This document shows, piece by piece, positions 48,373 through 56,800 of a stretch of DNA of 64,000 bases. A model generated the notes under the pieces. That model did not search any database. It saw only the letters and a list, made by a program, of their open reading frames with translations, and had not been told where the DNA came from. Made by a program: the position numbers and the translations under genes. The stretch is from Candidatus Portnoybacteria bacterium. Lineage in GTDB: Bacteria > Patescibacteriota > Minisyncoccia > Portnoybacterales > GWB1-42-6. Positions within the stretch are counted from its first letter, which is position 1. Each line of letters begins with the position of its first letter. The stretch is from the NCBI GenBank assembly GCA_028688325.1, contig JAQTYI010000001.1, forward strand, positions 104,820 to 168,819, read 5' to 3'.

Positions 48373-49293
48373 TTATTTGCTTTTTATCACCGCCTTATCC
48401 CAAAAAATCCGGTCGACGGAAAGGGAGCAGGAACATTCTTCGTATAAACACTGGGAAAATGTTTTTCTTAGCTCAAAATCACCCTTTAAAAGATTACCCA
48501 AATAGCCCTTTTTCGCCCGGCAAGCCATCACGCAAGAATAGGCGGCCCCGTTAGGAAGCATAAAAAAAGACCAGAAACCGGCAGAACATTTCCGGCCCTT
48601 AAAGCTGGCCGACGGCTTGTCTATCCCCTGATTGCTGCAAGCCGCGGCAAAATCATTGAATCTTGGCAGATTATAATTTTGGTTGAGCTGCTTCAGAATT
48701 TTTTTTTGTCTGGCAGAATATTGAAAAAAAGTGCGATCGGGGCGCTGATAGGCCCAAATTATAAGCTGAACACCGGCTTCAAAAAACTTCTTTTTGATTT
48801 TCTCCAGATAAGGCAGCTTATCGACTATTCCGACCGAGGTGACCAGCAAATTTTTTTTAAAACCGGGAAATGATTTTTCTATTTCTGATACCTTGCTTAA
48901 AAAAGCATCTGACTTGACATAATCTAAGTGCAAGCTGGCAAAAACCAAGAAAAGTCGGCCCTTGGTTATCTTCAAGAATTTGACGATCTTATCCGACTTG
49001 GCAGAAAAATTAGTGTAAATGGAAATGCGATGCAACTGCTTTAGCTTGGTCAATCCTTTAATCGCTTCCAAAAAATCATCGTGAAAAAACGGCTCTCCGC
49101 CTAAAATAGTAACATCCCATTTCCCCTTCAGTTTGTTTTTCAGGCCTTCCACTATTGCCAGAGGGCTAACCGAGCTTGGTTCTTTTTTCACCGAGGCAAA
49201 ACAATACGGACACCTGTAATTGCAAGTATCTGTAATAACCCAATTGATATTATGAGTATAAATCGAGAACGGATTATTTTTTGCCTTTTTCAT
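48373..49293 (-). CDS. Radical SAM enzyme, HxsC-like partner maturase
   Basis: CNYRCPYC, GGEPFF. A Cys-rich C-terminus distinct from paralogs 1-11. It lies immediately downstream of the HxS-repeat gene. Confidence 0.6.
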   Translation of the reverse strand: MKKAKNNPFSIYTHNINWVITDTCNYRCPYCFASVKKEPSSVSPLAIVEGLKNKLKGKWDVTILGGEPFFHDDFLEAIKGLTKLKQLHRISIYTNFSAKSDKIVKFLKITKGRLFLVFASLHLDYVKSDAFLSKVSEIEKSFPGFKKNLLVTSVGIVDKLPYLEKIKKKFFEAGVQLIIWAYQRPDRTFFQYSARQKKILKQLNQNYNLPRFNDFAAACSNQGIDKPSASFKGRKCSAGFWSFFMLPNGAAYSCVMACRAKKGYLGNLLKGDFELRKTFSQCLYEECSCSLSVDRIFWDKAVIKSK

Positions 49294-49430
49294 AATAATG
49301 ACCGATCAAGCCGATTTAAATATCGCCAAATAAAAACAACTTTTTATAATATTTACTCCATTATATTCTTCCAAACTGATAAGTCAATTAATTCTCTCAA
49401 TGGCAAAACCCGGATAAAATCGCGCGGTCT

Positions 49431-49465
49431 AAAAAAGGATTCCGAACAAAAAATGCTCGGAATCC
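49431..49465 (-). terminator. Rho-independent terminator after the HxS-repeat gene
   Basis: On the minus strand: ggattccgag-cattttttgt-tcggaatcc followed by tttttt. Confidence 0.6.
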
Positions 49466-49498
49466 TACAGAATTATCCGCCCGCCGCAAAAATTCCGG

Positions 49499-49897
49499 TT
49501 AATAAGAGTTGTGCGAGCCGTGGGAGCTGTGAGAAGCGTGAGAAGCGTGAGAAGCGTGAGAAGCGTGGGAGCCGTGGGAAGCATGGGAAGCATGGGAAGC
49601 ATGAGAGCCATGAGAGCCATGGGAAGCATGGGAAGCATGAGAAGCATGAGAAGCATGAGAAGCATGAGAGCCATGAGAGCCATGAGAAGCATGAGAGGCA
49701 TGAGAGGCATGAGAGGCATGAGAGGCATGGAAGCAATAAGCGGAAGCATTATCCGCTTTGGCGAGCCCCGATAACCCCGCGCCCAGAGACAAAACAACCA
49801 AAGATATTTTAGCCATATCCTTTTTGATGATCTTGCCCTCCTCGCTCGTTAAAAAGGTCCTAATGTCTTTTTTTATCTGAGGTAATTTTTTCCTCAT
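49499..49897 (-). CDS. hxsA: His-Xaa-Ser repeat protein (HxsA-like), secreted
   Basis: An alternative ATG at 49816 gives a signal peptide MAKISLVVLSLGAGLSGLAKA. The core is DNASAYCF(HAS/HGS)n...SHNSY. It is flanked by two rSAM genes, as in the defined Hxs system. Confidence 0.55.
   Translation of the reverse strand: MRKKLPQIKKDIRTFLTSEEGKIIKKDMAKISLVVLSLGAGLSGLAKADNASAYCFHASHASHASHASHASHGSHGSHASHASHASHASHASHGSHGSHASHASHASHGSHASHASHASHASHSSHGSHNSY
49511..49735. repeat. About 25 tandem 9-bp units (RTGVGARSC) encoding the HxS repeats
   Basis: Sequence is gtgagaagc/gtgggaagc/atgagagcc... It is open in 4-5 reading frames on both strands. Confidence 0.9.
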
Positions 49898-49970
49898 TTT
49901 TCTTTTCTCAAAATTTTATTCTTTTGCCTCTTTCGGTTTCAAAATCGGCGCAAAACACCTTCTTCGTTTG

Positions 49971-50000
49971 ATTATAACAGATAATAAATATCCCCGTCAA
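49971..50000 (-). promoter_or_regulatory. Near-consensus sigma70-like promoter for the HxS-repeat gene
   Basis: On the minus strand: TTGACG-N18-TATAAT, about 70 nt upstream of the ATG at 49897. Confidence 0.5.
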
Positions 50001-50041
50001 CGATCTTATCGGCAACCGTTCCGCTTGGCGCGGCAAAAGGA

Positions 50042-51514
50042 TCATCGTTTCACCCAGTTCTCAAAAACCGCCTTTATTTTATCATCGGACATCTTCTCAA
50101 AAAGATAATCCAGGATTGCCTTGCTTATTTTGCAGCGCTCGTTGGTCGCCATCTGGCCAAAAATATTTCCCTGGTCCACATAATTGAAAATGGGGCAGGT
50201 GCCGCAATATGGCTGATAAGCGCAATCGCTGCAGCCGGCCGCGCCCGCCAGGCAAGAAGCCAGGCAAACGGTCTTTATCACCGGACTGTCTATCAATTCC
50301 CGGTAAGTATTCTTATGGACATTCCCGAGCTTGAAGCTTTCGTCATCCATCATGCTCAGCATCCGGCCTTCGTCGCAAGTGTAAACATCGCCATTGTAAT
50401 TATAAGCCATCTGGCCAATGCCCGCGCCGCAAGGCGAACGGTAATCAACCATATTGATATCTTCGTCGGTCAAAATCTTCATCAGAAATATCTTGGCAAA
50501 CCGTTCCTCGAATTTTACGCCTTTCAGGTTTATCTCAATGATGTAATCCAGGGCCTTTTTATAGAAAGCGATGAAATCGTCGCTGTCGTAGCCGAACTGG
50601 CTCCAAGCTTTTTTGGAAAAGCCGAATGGATCAAGCGGTCGCAAAAAGATATTGCCGAATCCCAATCGCACATATTCGTCGACTATCTCTTTGGGATGCG
50701 CCAGCGCCGGCCGGCTCACAGTTATGATCCCGGCCACGCGCCAGATAAAGCCCTTCCTTTCCATTTTCGCGTAATCTTTTTGGAACCTTTCTATCCAACG
50801 GACGGCCCGTTCATATCCGTTCGCCTTTTTACCGTTATCTATCAGCGGCCGGTTCTGGTTGTGGATCGCTTCCGGGCCGTCGAGAGAAGTGCAGGTGCTG
50901 ACTTTATTCTTCAGCAAATACTGGTATTTTTCCTCGGTCATCAAGCTGAAATTGGTCACAAGGCGCAACTCCAGTTTTTTCCCGGTCTTTTTACTTTTCT
51001 GACGCGCTTTTTTAACGATGAACCGCACCAGAGGCCAGTTGGCCAGCGGCTCGCCGCCCTGGAATTCAATGGCGACAAAGGGGCTCGTCGTTTCAAAGAT
51101 GACATCCAAAGCTTTGGCCGCCGTTTCTTTGCTCATATCCGCGTTTTTCTGCTCTATCGTCTGGGCCGAAGCGTGGCAATAAACGCACCGGTGGTTGCAG
51201 CGCAGAGTAACCACCATAACATGCAGAGTTGGACCAAAAAACAGGTATTCGTGCCTTGAGCGGTGCTGCCTGATGGCCAGTTCCGCGTTGAATTCCTTTT
51301 TGACGAAATTATTTTCAACCAAAGACAAATATGGCTTGCTTTTTTTATCCAGCTTGCCCTCAATGAAATTCGTGAATTCTTTGGCGGCCAGAAATTGGTA
51401 TCTCCCCTCTTCATTGGTCAGAAGATACTTGTCTTTCAGTTTCTTGAACCGAAAAAATCCCAATTCCTTATATTTTATTTTTTTCAGGTCTATCACCATA
51501 GCGCCGTTTATCAA
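50042..51514 (-). CDS. hxsB: Radical SAM/SPASM enzyme, HxsB-like (anSME-like)
   Basis: CNHRCVYC, GGEPL, SLDGPEAIHNQNRP. Full SPASM domain: CGAGIGQ...C and CLAGAAGCSDCAYQPYCGTCP. Confidence 0.6.
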   Translation of the reverse strand: MINGAMVIDLKKIKYKELGFFRFKKLKDKYLLTNEEGRYQFLAAKEFTNFIEGKLDKKSKPYLSLVENNFVKKEFNAELAIRQHRSRHEYLFFGPTLHVMVVTLRCNHRCVYCHASAQTIEQKNADMSKETAAKALDVIFETTSPFVAIEFQGGEPLANWPLVRFIVKKARQKSKKTGKKLELRLVTNFSLMTEEKYQYLLKNKVSTCTSLDGPEAIHNQNRPLIDNGKKANGYERAVRWIERFQKDYAKMERKGFIWRVAGIITVSRPALAHPKEIVDEYVRLGFGNIFLRPLDPFGFSKKAWSQFGYDSDDFIAFYKKALDYIIEINLKGVKFEERFAKIFLMKILTDEDINMVDYRSPCGAGIGQMAYNYNGDVYTCDEGRMLSMMDDESFKLGNVHKNTYRELIDSPVIKTVCLASCLAGAAGCSDCAYQPYCGTCPIFNYVDQGNIFGQMATNERCKISKAILDYLFEKMSDDKIKAVFENWVKR

Positions 51515-51517
51515 CGA

Positions 51518-51736
51518 TTATTTCATCAGCCCCAGAACATAATTGCAAAATTCCTGCTCAACGGCGCCGGCCATTTCCGGGTCGATATTCCTCAACAAAA
51601 CCTTGATATATCCTTTTCCGTCAACCACGGAAAAATCGGCCAGGTCCTTAAATTCCCGGCTGGCCATCTTTATCGCTTTCAAGCTGTAGAAGCGCTTGTT
51701 GAAATTGATATCCGCGCTGTTTTTTTCTTTAGGCAT
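51518..51736 (-). CDS. Small protein, HxsD-like by position
   Basis: 72 aa from MPKEKN. The track ORF extends to 51841, which would overlap the upstream gene. Confidence 0.3.
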   Translation of the reverse strand: MPKEKNSADINFNKRFYSLKAIKMASREFKDLADFSVVDGKGYIKVLLRNIDPEMAGAVEQEFCNYVLGLMK

Positions 51737-51747
51737 CCTTCTCGTGG

Positions 51748-52290
51748 TTATTTCTTGCTCTTGGCTTTTTTCGGCTTTTTCTCTTCTTGTTTCGCTTCGG
51801 GCTCTTCCTGTTTTTCCGGCTGACCGTATTTTTCTTCCCAAGGAACAGCGATGCCCAAGGGGTCGCTGGCGGAATCAAAGCCGATTTCCACGGGTTTGGC
51901 TTCGCAGTCGCACGGTTCACTGTTGGCGGCTGAAAATAACGCCCGCTCCACCACATATTGGCGGATCTTCTTGTTCTCCGCGGAAATCCCGACCCGCAAA
52001 GCGTAGTTTAAAAGTTCATTCAGAAAGTCGCCGGCCAAAACCCGGAGCTCTCCGGCCGACAACTTTTGCTTGGGCGTCAGAACCACTTCTATTTTTGAAC
52101 CGTTGCTGTCCAGAAACAAATATGCCTTGTCTATAAAAACATAACTGGCGCCGTAAACGGCCTCCAGCGGATAAATCGTCGTATTTAATGCCAAGGTTAA
52201 AGAATTTTTGTTGATTTTTTTTAGCATGCGTCGAAAATAATTTATTGGTGTTGTAATTTTAGACGACTGCCTGGCGGAAGTCAATATCAA
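51748..52290 (-). CDS. Hypothetical protein with Lys/Glu-rich C-terminal tail
   Basis: 180 aa. Confidence 0.35.
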   Translation of the reverse strand: MILTSARQSSKITTPINYFRRMLKKINKNSLTLALNTTIYPLEAVYGASYVFIDKAYLFLDSNGSKIEVVLTPKQKLSAGELRVLAGDFLNELLNYALRVGISAENKKIRQYVVERALFSAANSEPCDCEAKPVEIGFDSASDPLGIAVPWEEKYGQPEKQEEPEAKQEEKKPKKAKSKK

Positions 52291-52326
52291 AAATCATTCA
52301 ATTTGTTTTCCGCGCTGAATATAGAA

Positions 52327-52827
52327 TTACTTCAACCTTATGTCGCCCCGAATCCTTAGTCCGCCTTTTAAATTGATCGAAGGGATAAGCAAGAGAAAAG
52401 AATCACCGGAAATCCAGTCTGTAACACTGCTGTTATTATCGGTTATCTGCAACCGCCAATAATACCTAATGTTCAAAGACAAACCGCCAGTGCTATATGA
52501 TCTGGCTGCAGCGTTTGAAACGACCCCGGAATCCACATTAACCGAGCCGAACCCGGAATCATCATCAATCTGCACCTGATAAGCTGCTTGCGTATTGCCA
52601 ACAGCCGAAGCAAAAGTCCAATAAACAGTGGCATAACCGGCCCAAGGAGACAAAACGGCCTGGGCCGTGCAAGCGGTAAAATTACTGCCGGCATTCAATG
52701 TGGCCGCTTGGGCTTTCTGAATCGGAGAAAAAGAATGAAATATTAAATCTAAAACCAGCGCTAAAGCGATCATTTTATAAATTGCCGGTTTTGATAAAAA
52801 TTTTAATTCTGGCTTAATAAAAATCAT
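52327..52827 (-). CDS. Secreted hypothetical protein
   Basis: 166 aa. N-terminal anchor or signal sequence. Confidence 0.35.
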   Translation of the reverse strand: MIFIKPELKFLSKPAIYKMIALALVLDLIFHSFSPIQKAQAATLNAGSNFTACTAQAVLSPWAGYATVYWTFASAVGNTQAAYQVQIDDDSGFGSVNVDSGVVSNAAARSYSTGGLSLNIRYYWRLQITDNNSSVTDWISGDSFLLLIPSINLKGGLRIRGDIRLK

Positions 52828-52883
52828 TTTTGTTGCCGTTGATTAATTCTGATTTCCTTGTAGAAACCGAACCTACAAATATT

Positions 52884-53603
52884 TTATTCTAAAATTACGC
52901 CCCTTACACTTTCCAGCGATAGATCGTTAAGCCCTTTTTTAACTGACTTCTCATATCCCCTTTTTCCGCCAAAAACTTCCAGCAAGAAATCCCTTTGCGT
53001 GACCGATGGAAAATTATACTCGCCCAAATAATCCAAGTGGCTGCTCCATTTATATTTGTTCAAAAATTTCCATGCTTTGTCCGAATCTTTAATTTTTCCT
53101 TCCCGCCATTCCGGCGCCGCCAAATCCAACGGATTTAAATGAATATAATAAGGCAAATGGATGAAATGGGATCGGTTCTCAACCAAAACCGATTTGTATT
53201 TTCTTTCAAAAAGAGTTCCGGTCCTCTCGCGGCGTTGATTGAAATATTGAACATATCCGCCGTTTAATTTTTGCATGAATAACGCGATGCCTTTCTCAAC
53301 CGCCGGGCTTAGCAATAAATGATAGTGGTTTGGCATCAGACAAAAAGCGTGGATTTTAACCAACAATTTCCTTTCTCTTTGCCGTATCTCACGCACTCTG
53401 ACTGCGTGAGATACGGCATTAAACTTATAAAAATTTGACTGGACTCTTTGCTGATCGTTGAATTCAAAAAGGTCGTGGATAAAACGAAAACGGTCTTTAT
53501 CGTCCATAAAAATTTTACGCTTGTCGACTCCCCTGTTCAGCACATGGTATATTTCCGTCATAAATTTTAATTTAATTTTATTAAGTATCGCGCTCCGCCT
53601 CAC
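52884..53603 (-). CDS. Y1 (HUH) transposase, COG1943 / IS200-like long form
   Basis: HRGNRRQDIF-type N-terminus HVLNRGVDKRKIFMDDKDR. HUH motif LMPNHYHLLL. RYKS Tyr block. The likely start is the ATG at 53561. Confidence 0.7.
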   Translation of the reverse strand: MRRSAILNKIKLKFMTEIYHVLNRGVDKRKIFMDDKDRFRFIHDLFEFNDQQRVQSNFYKFNAVSHAVRVREIRQRERKLLVKIHAFCLMPNHYHLLLSPAVEKGIALFMQKLNGGYVQYFNQRRERTGTLFERKYKSVLVENRSHFIHLPYYIHLNPLDLAAPEWREGKIKDSDKAWKFLNKYKWSSHLDYLGEYNFPSVTQRDFLLEVFGGKRGYEKSVKKGLNDLSLESVRGVILE

Positions 53604-53630
53604 GCAGTCAGAGTGCGTGAGATTACGATG
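53380..53630. mobile_element. IS200-like subterminal hairpins
   Basis: Hairpin 53380-53418 (16-bp stem) and hairpin 53599-53621 (8-bp stem). Their cores are exact reverse complements of each other. Confidence 0.4.
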
Positions 53631-53870
53631 TTGGGGTCGGGGTTGGTGTAGCTTCCGGAGTAGTCAATGGAGTCGATGTTGGTGTTGGTGTTGGGGTTGG
53701 TGTAGCTTCCGGAGTAGTCAATGGGGTCGGTGTTGGTGTAGGAGTTGGGGTTGGGGTTGGTGTTGGGGTTGATGTCGGAGTCGGAGTAGCGGCCGGGGTT
53801 GGTGTTGGTGTGGCTTCCGGAGTAATCAATGGGGTAGCAGTTGGTGTTGGTGTAGCCAAAGGAATTTCCG
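53623..53870. repeat. GGTGTT-rich microsatellite-like region with about three ~57-bp tandem units encoding the TP linker
   Basis: The unit ggtgtagcttccggagtagtcaatgg(a/g)gtcg repeats and encodes LTTPEATPTPTP... Confidence 0.7.
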
Positions 53871-56800
53871 CCTGCCGGGTATTTTCGGCTACCGTGTCCA
53901 CTATCCACCAGCTGAAGCCGATTATTTGAGTGGAAGAAGCATTCATGCAAACCCTGAATCCCTGCGGCCGCTCAACGCTTCCCACATATTCGGGCTGGCT
54001 ATGCCGCTCGCAAATACCCATCGCCACCGGCATATCCGGCGTCACAAATATCTTGGTGGTTGTTGAAACCTGATTATTCATTATATAGGTATCCATTTCG
54101 CCTACATTTATTTGGCTCGAACCGATGGTCGCGTCTCCTTGGGCCGGAGTGGTGTTAATGGCCAGCTTGTCGGCCTGCAAAATATTTGCCGCCAATTTTT
54201 GCGCCTGCACTATTCCCTGACCCACTATCAGACCCATTTGGCGCAAACCGCCGATGACCGAAGCATACAAATTATCCACTAAAGCCACGATGGACGAAGG
54301 CGCAAGTTCTATCTTGTCGCCGCCTAATGTTTCCAACACCTGGTTGAAATTCGTCTGGGCGCTCAAAGCCCCGCTGGCCACGGTGTTTTCCAGTGTTGCC
54401 AGCCGCGTTTCCAGCGAATCAGTTTTTATTTTCACTTCGTCCACTTTGCCGCTCAGCGTTTTAACGCCCGCCAAAGTGAAGCTCGACAATTTATACAAAT
54501 CCACCCCTTTGCCGTCCGCGCTCAAAACCTCAAGCGGCGCTTCTTCGGCAATAAGGCCCAAGCGCTTATTACAGCCCCCGCTCCCACTATTGTCACCCTG
54601 AACTTGGTTCAGGGTCTGAGATCCCGAACCAAGTTCGGGATGACAAACTTCATCGCTGTTGTAGTAATAGGTCGCCACTTTGGCGTTGGTTATTTTGGCC
54701 AAAACATTCTCATAGTCCGCCGAACTCAAATACTCAATATCTTTTTTCGCCTCGCGCGTTGACAAATTGACAAAACCGGTAGCGCCGATATCCCCGCCCA
54801 CGGCCAGCCGAATGCCTGTGCTGGTGGCCGGTGTGCTTGTGCCGATGCCAATATTCCCCAGCGCATCCACGCTCATAAACGGCGAAGTGGTGGAAATGTC
54901 CGAAGCAATACTGATGCCCGAGAATAAGGGGGAAGAAGAAGCATAGAGCGCTTGGATGGAGTTAACCAGATAAGGAATTATGAAATCGGTTTTTAATCCC
55001 AGCATGCCGGTGGCCGGGTTTGTAACAACCACCGCTTCTGGAATCACGCTTTGTACCTCCTGCGCGATAAAGCCAAGTTGATTGGTTTGGCCATTGATAT
55101 AATCAAACCGTACGGGATTTAACTGAAGGATTATCTCCAACCCTCTGCCCAAATTGACAACATTTTCTTTAAGGCGGCGATCCGAACCATAAACCCAAGA
55201 AGCGGCTTTTATTTCCGCATATCCGTCATCGCGTATCACCAGAGTCGCGGAATCGTTTGAATCAACGACGATAAGACCATAGGTGCCACTCGTAGTTCCG
55301 CTACCTCCGACTTTTAATCTGGCGGATATATTCGCCGTCCCGATGCCGACATTGCCGCTGGTATCTATCGTCATTCTTTGCGGATTAGTCGCCCCGTCAA
55401 TTTCCTGAAACATTAATCTGCCTGTATCAGTCATATGCTGTATTCTCCAGGTTTGCGGCGAATCTTTATCAATAAGATCTAAAAAAGGATAATCTCCGGT
55501 CAATTCAACTCCACCGTTTCCCGTTGTTGTAAGGTTTAGGATAACATTATCAGAGCCAGCGTTTACATCTAATTTATACCCCGGGCTCGCCGTCCCGATG
55601 CCGACATTGCCGTTTTTAGAAATCTGCATAACTGGTGTGGTTGCATCATTGTTTGTAAAGAACATGAAATTACCGAAATTGGTTCCGGAGCCGGCCGTGG
55701 AGTAGTTGATAAACTTCATATTATCGTTTGCGTCGTTTACTAACATGTCTATCTTCCCATTCGCAGAAGATAATCTTATTGTTCCATTAACACCAGAGAC
55801 AGAATAAACATGCAACTTCGCCTCTGGACTATTTGTCCCAATTCCGACATTGCCGTTTCCATCAATCGTCAATCTATCGCTAGTACCGACCGCGGTAGAA
55901 GAAGCAATCTTGAATTTATTGGCGTCAGCGGTGTCTATTCCCATAGTCCATGCAATAGTTCCATCTCCGGTTGTGATGCCTATGGCTGGAGTAGTATCGT
56001 TATGGAGAGTTAAAACATTGTTGGGAGTGCTCGTCCCTATCCCCACACTCCCATTGGCCAGCACGGTCAGCAGAGTGGAGGTTGCCGTTCCGGCGGTGGT
56101 GCTCGCGATAGTGAAGAGCGGCGTGTTGGCAAGAGTGGTTGCGCTGTTTGAAATGGAAAGTAGAGAATATGGCGAGGTGGTGCCGATGCCGACGGAGCCC
56201 TCTATTATTGCTCCCGATGTAGGCGCAGCCAATGTTCCATAGGTCGCTCCTACGGCAAGATTTCCGACAACGCCCAATTTTGCCGCCGGCGCTGTTCCAG
56301 TGCCAACCCCCAAATAACCAAGAATATTGTTAGAGGCAGATGCCCCCCTAACATAAAGACCGCGAAATGAATCTGTGCCATCTACATCAAGGCCTATGTT
56401 AGAAGAGTCGGCAGGATATATAATAACACTCGACTTCCCAGCCGAAGGCACAACATGTAGTTGGCCTATCGGCGCCGCCGTTCCGATGCCCACATTTCCA
56501 TTCTCGTCCACCGTGAAATATGTGCCGGTGGATGAGCCGATGGAGAAACTATGCGCGCCGGCCGGGGCGTTCACGGACAAAGTAGACCAGGGAGTAGTAG
56601 TGCCAATCCCCACATTCCCGTTGGCCGAAACCGTCAAGGTTGAGGTGGCCTGCCAAGCCGAGTCCTGATAGGTCAAGGTCTGGCCTTGGGTGCCGACGGG
56701 CAAAGTGTTTACGCCTATCGTGAATAAAGTTGAGGTGCTCACCCATTCGGTGGCCGAGCCGGTGGATTTGAGAATGTAGCCGTTGGCGCCGGCCGAAGAC

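Noticed and set aside
49511-49735. Possible CRISPR array (short direct repeats).
   Set aside because: The units are 9 bp with no spacers. They lie inside an ORF and encode a tripeptide repeat.
49252-49812. Alternative ORFs over the 9-bp repeat: the plus-strand ORFs 49252-49812 and 49511-49774, and the minus-strand ORFs 49465-49797 and 49473-49736.
   Set aside because: The repeat is stop-free in many frames. Only the HxS frame (49499-49897) has a coherent start, a signal peptide and a termination. The others are kept only as a frame-ambiguity note.
50315-51823. Plus-strand ORFs 50315-51259 (314 aa) and 51263-51823 (186 aa), antisense to the HxsB-like gene.
   Set aside because: They have no motifs. 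The opposite strand encodes a complete rSAM/SPASM protein.
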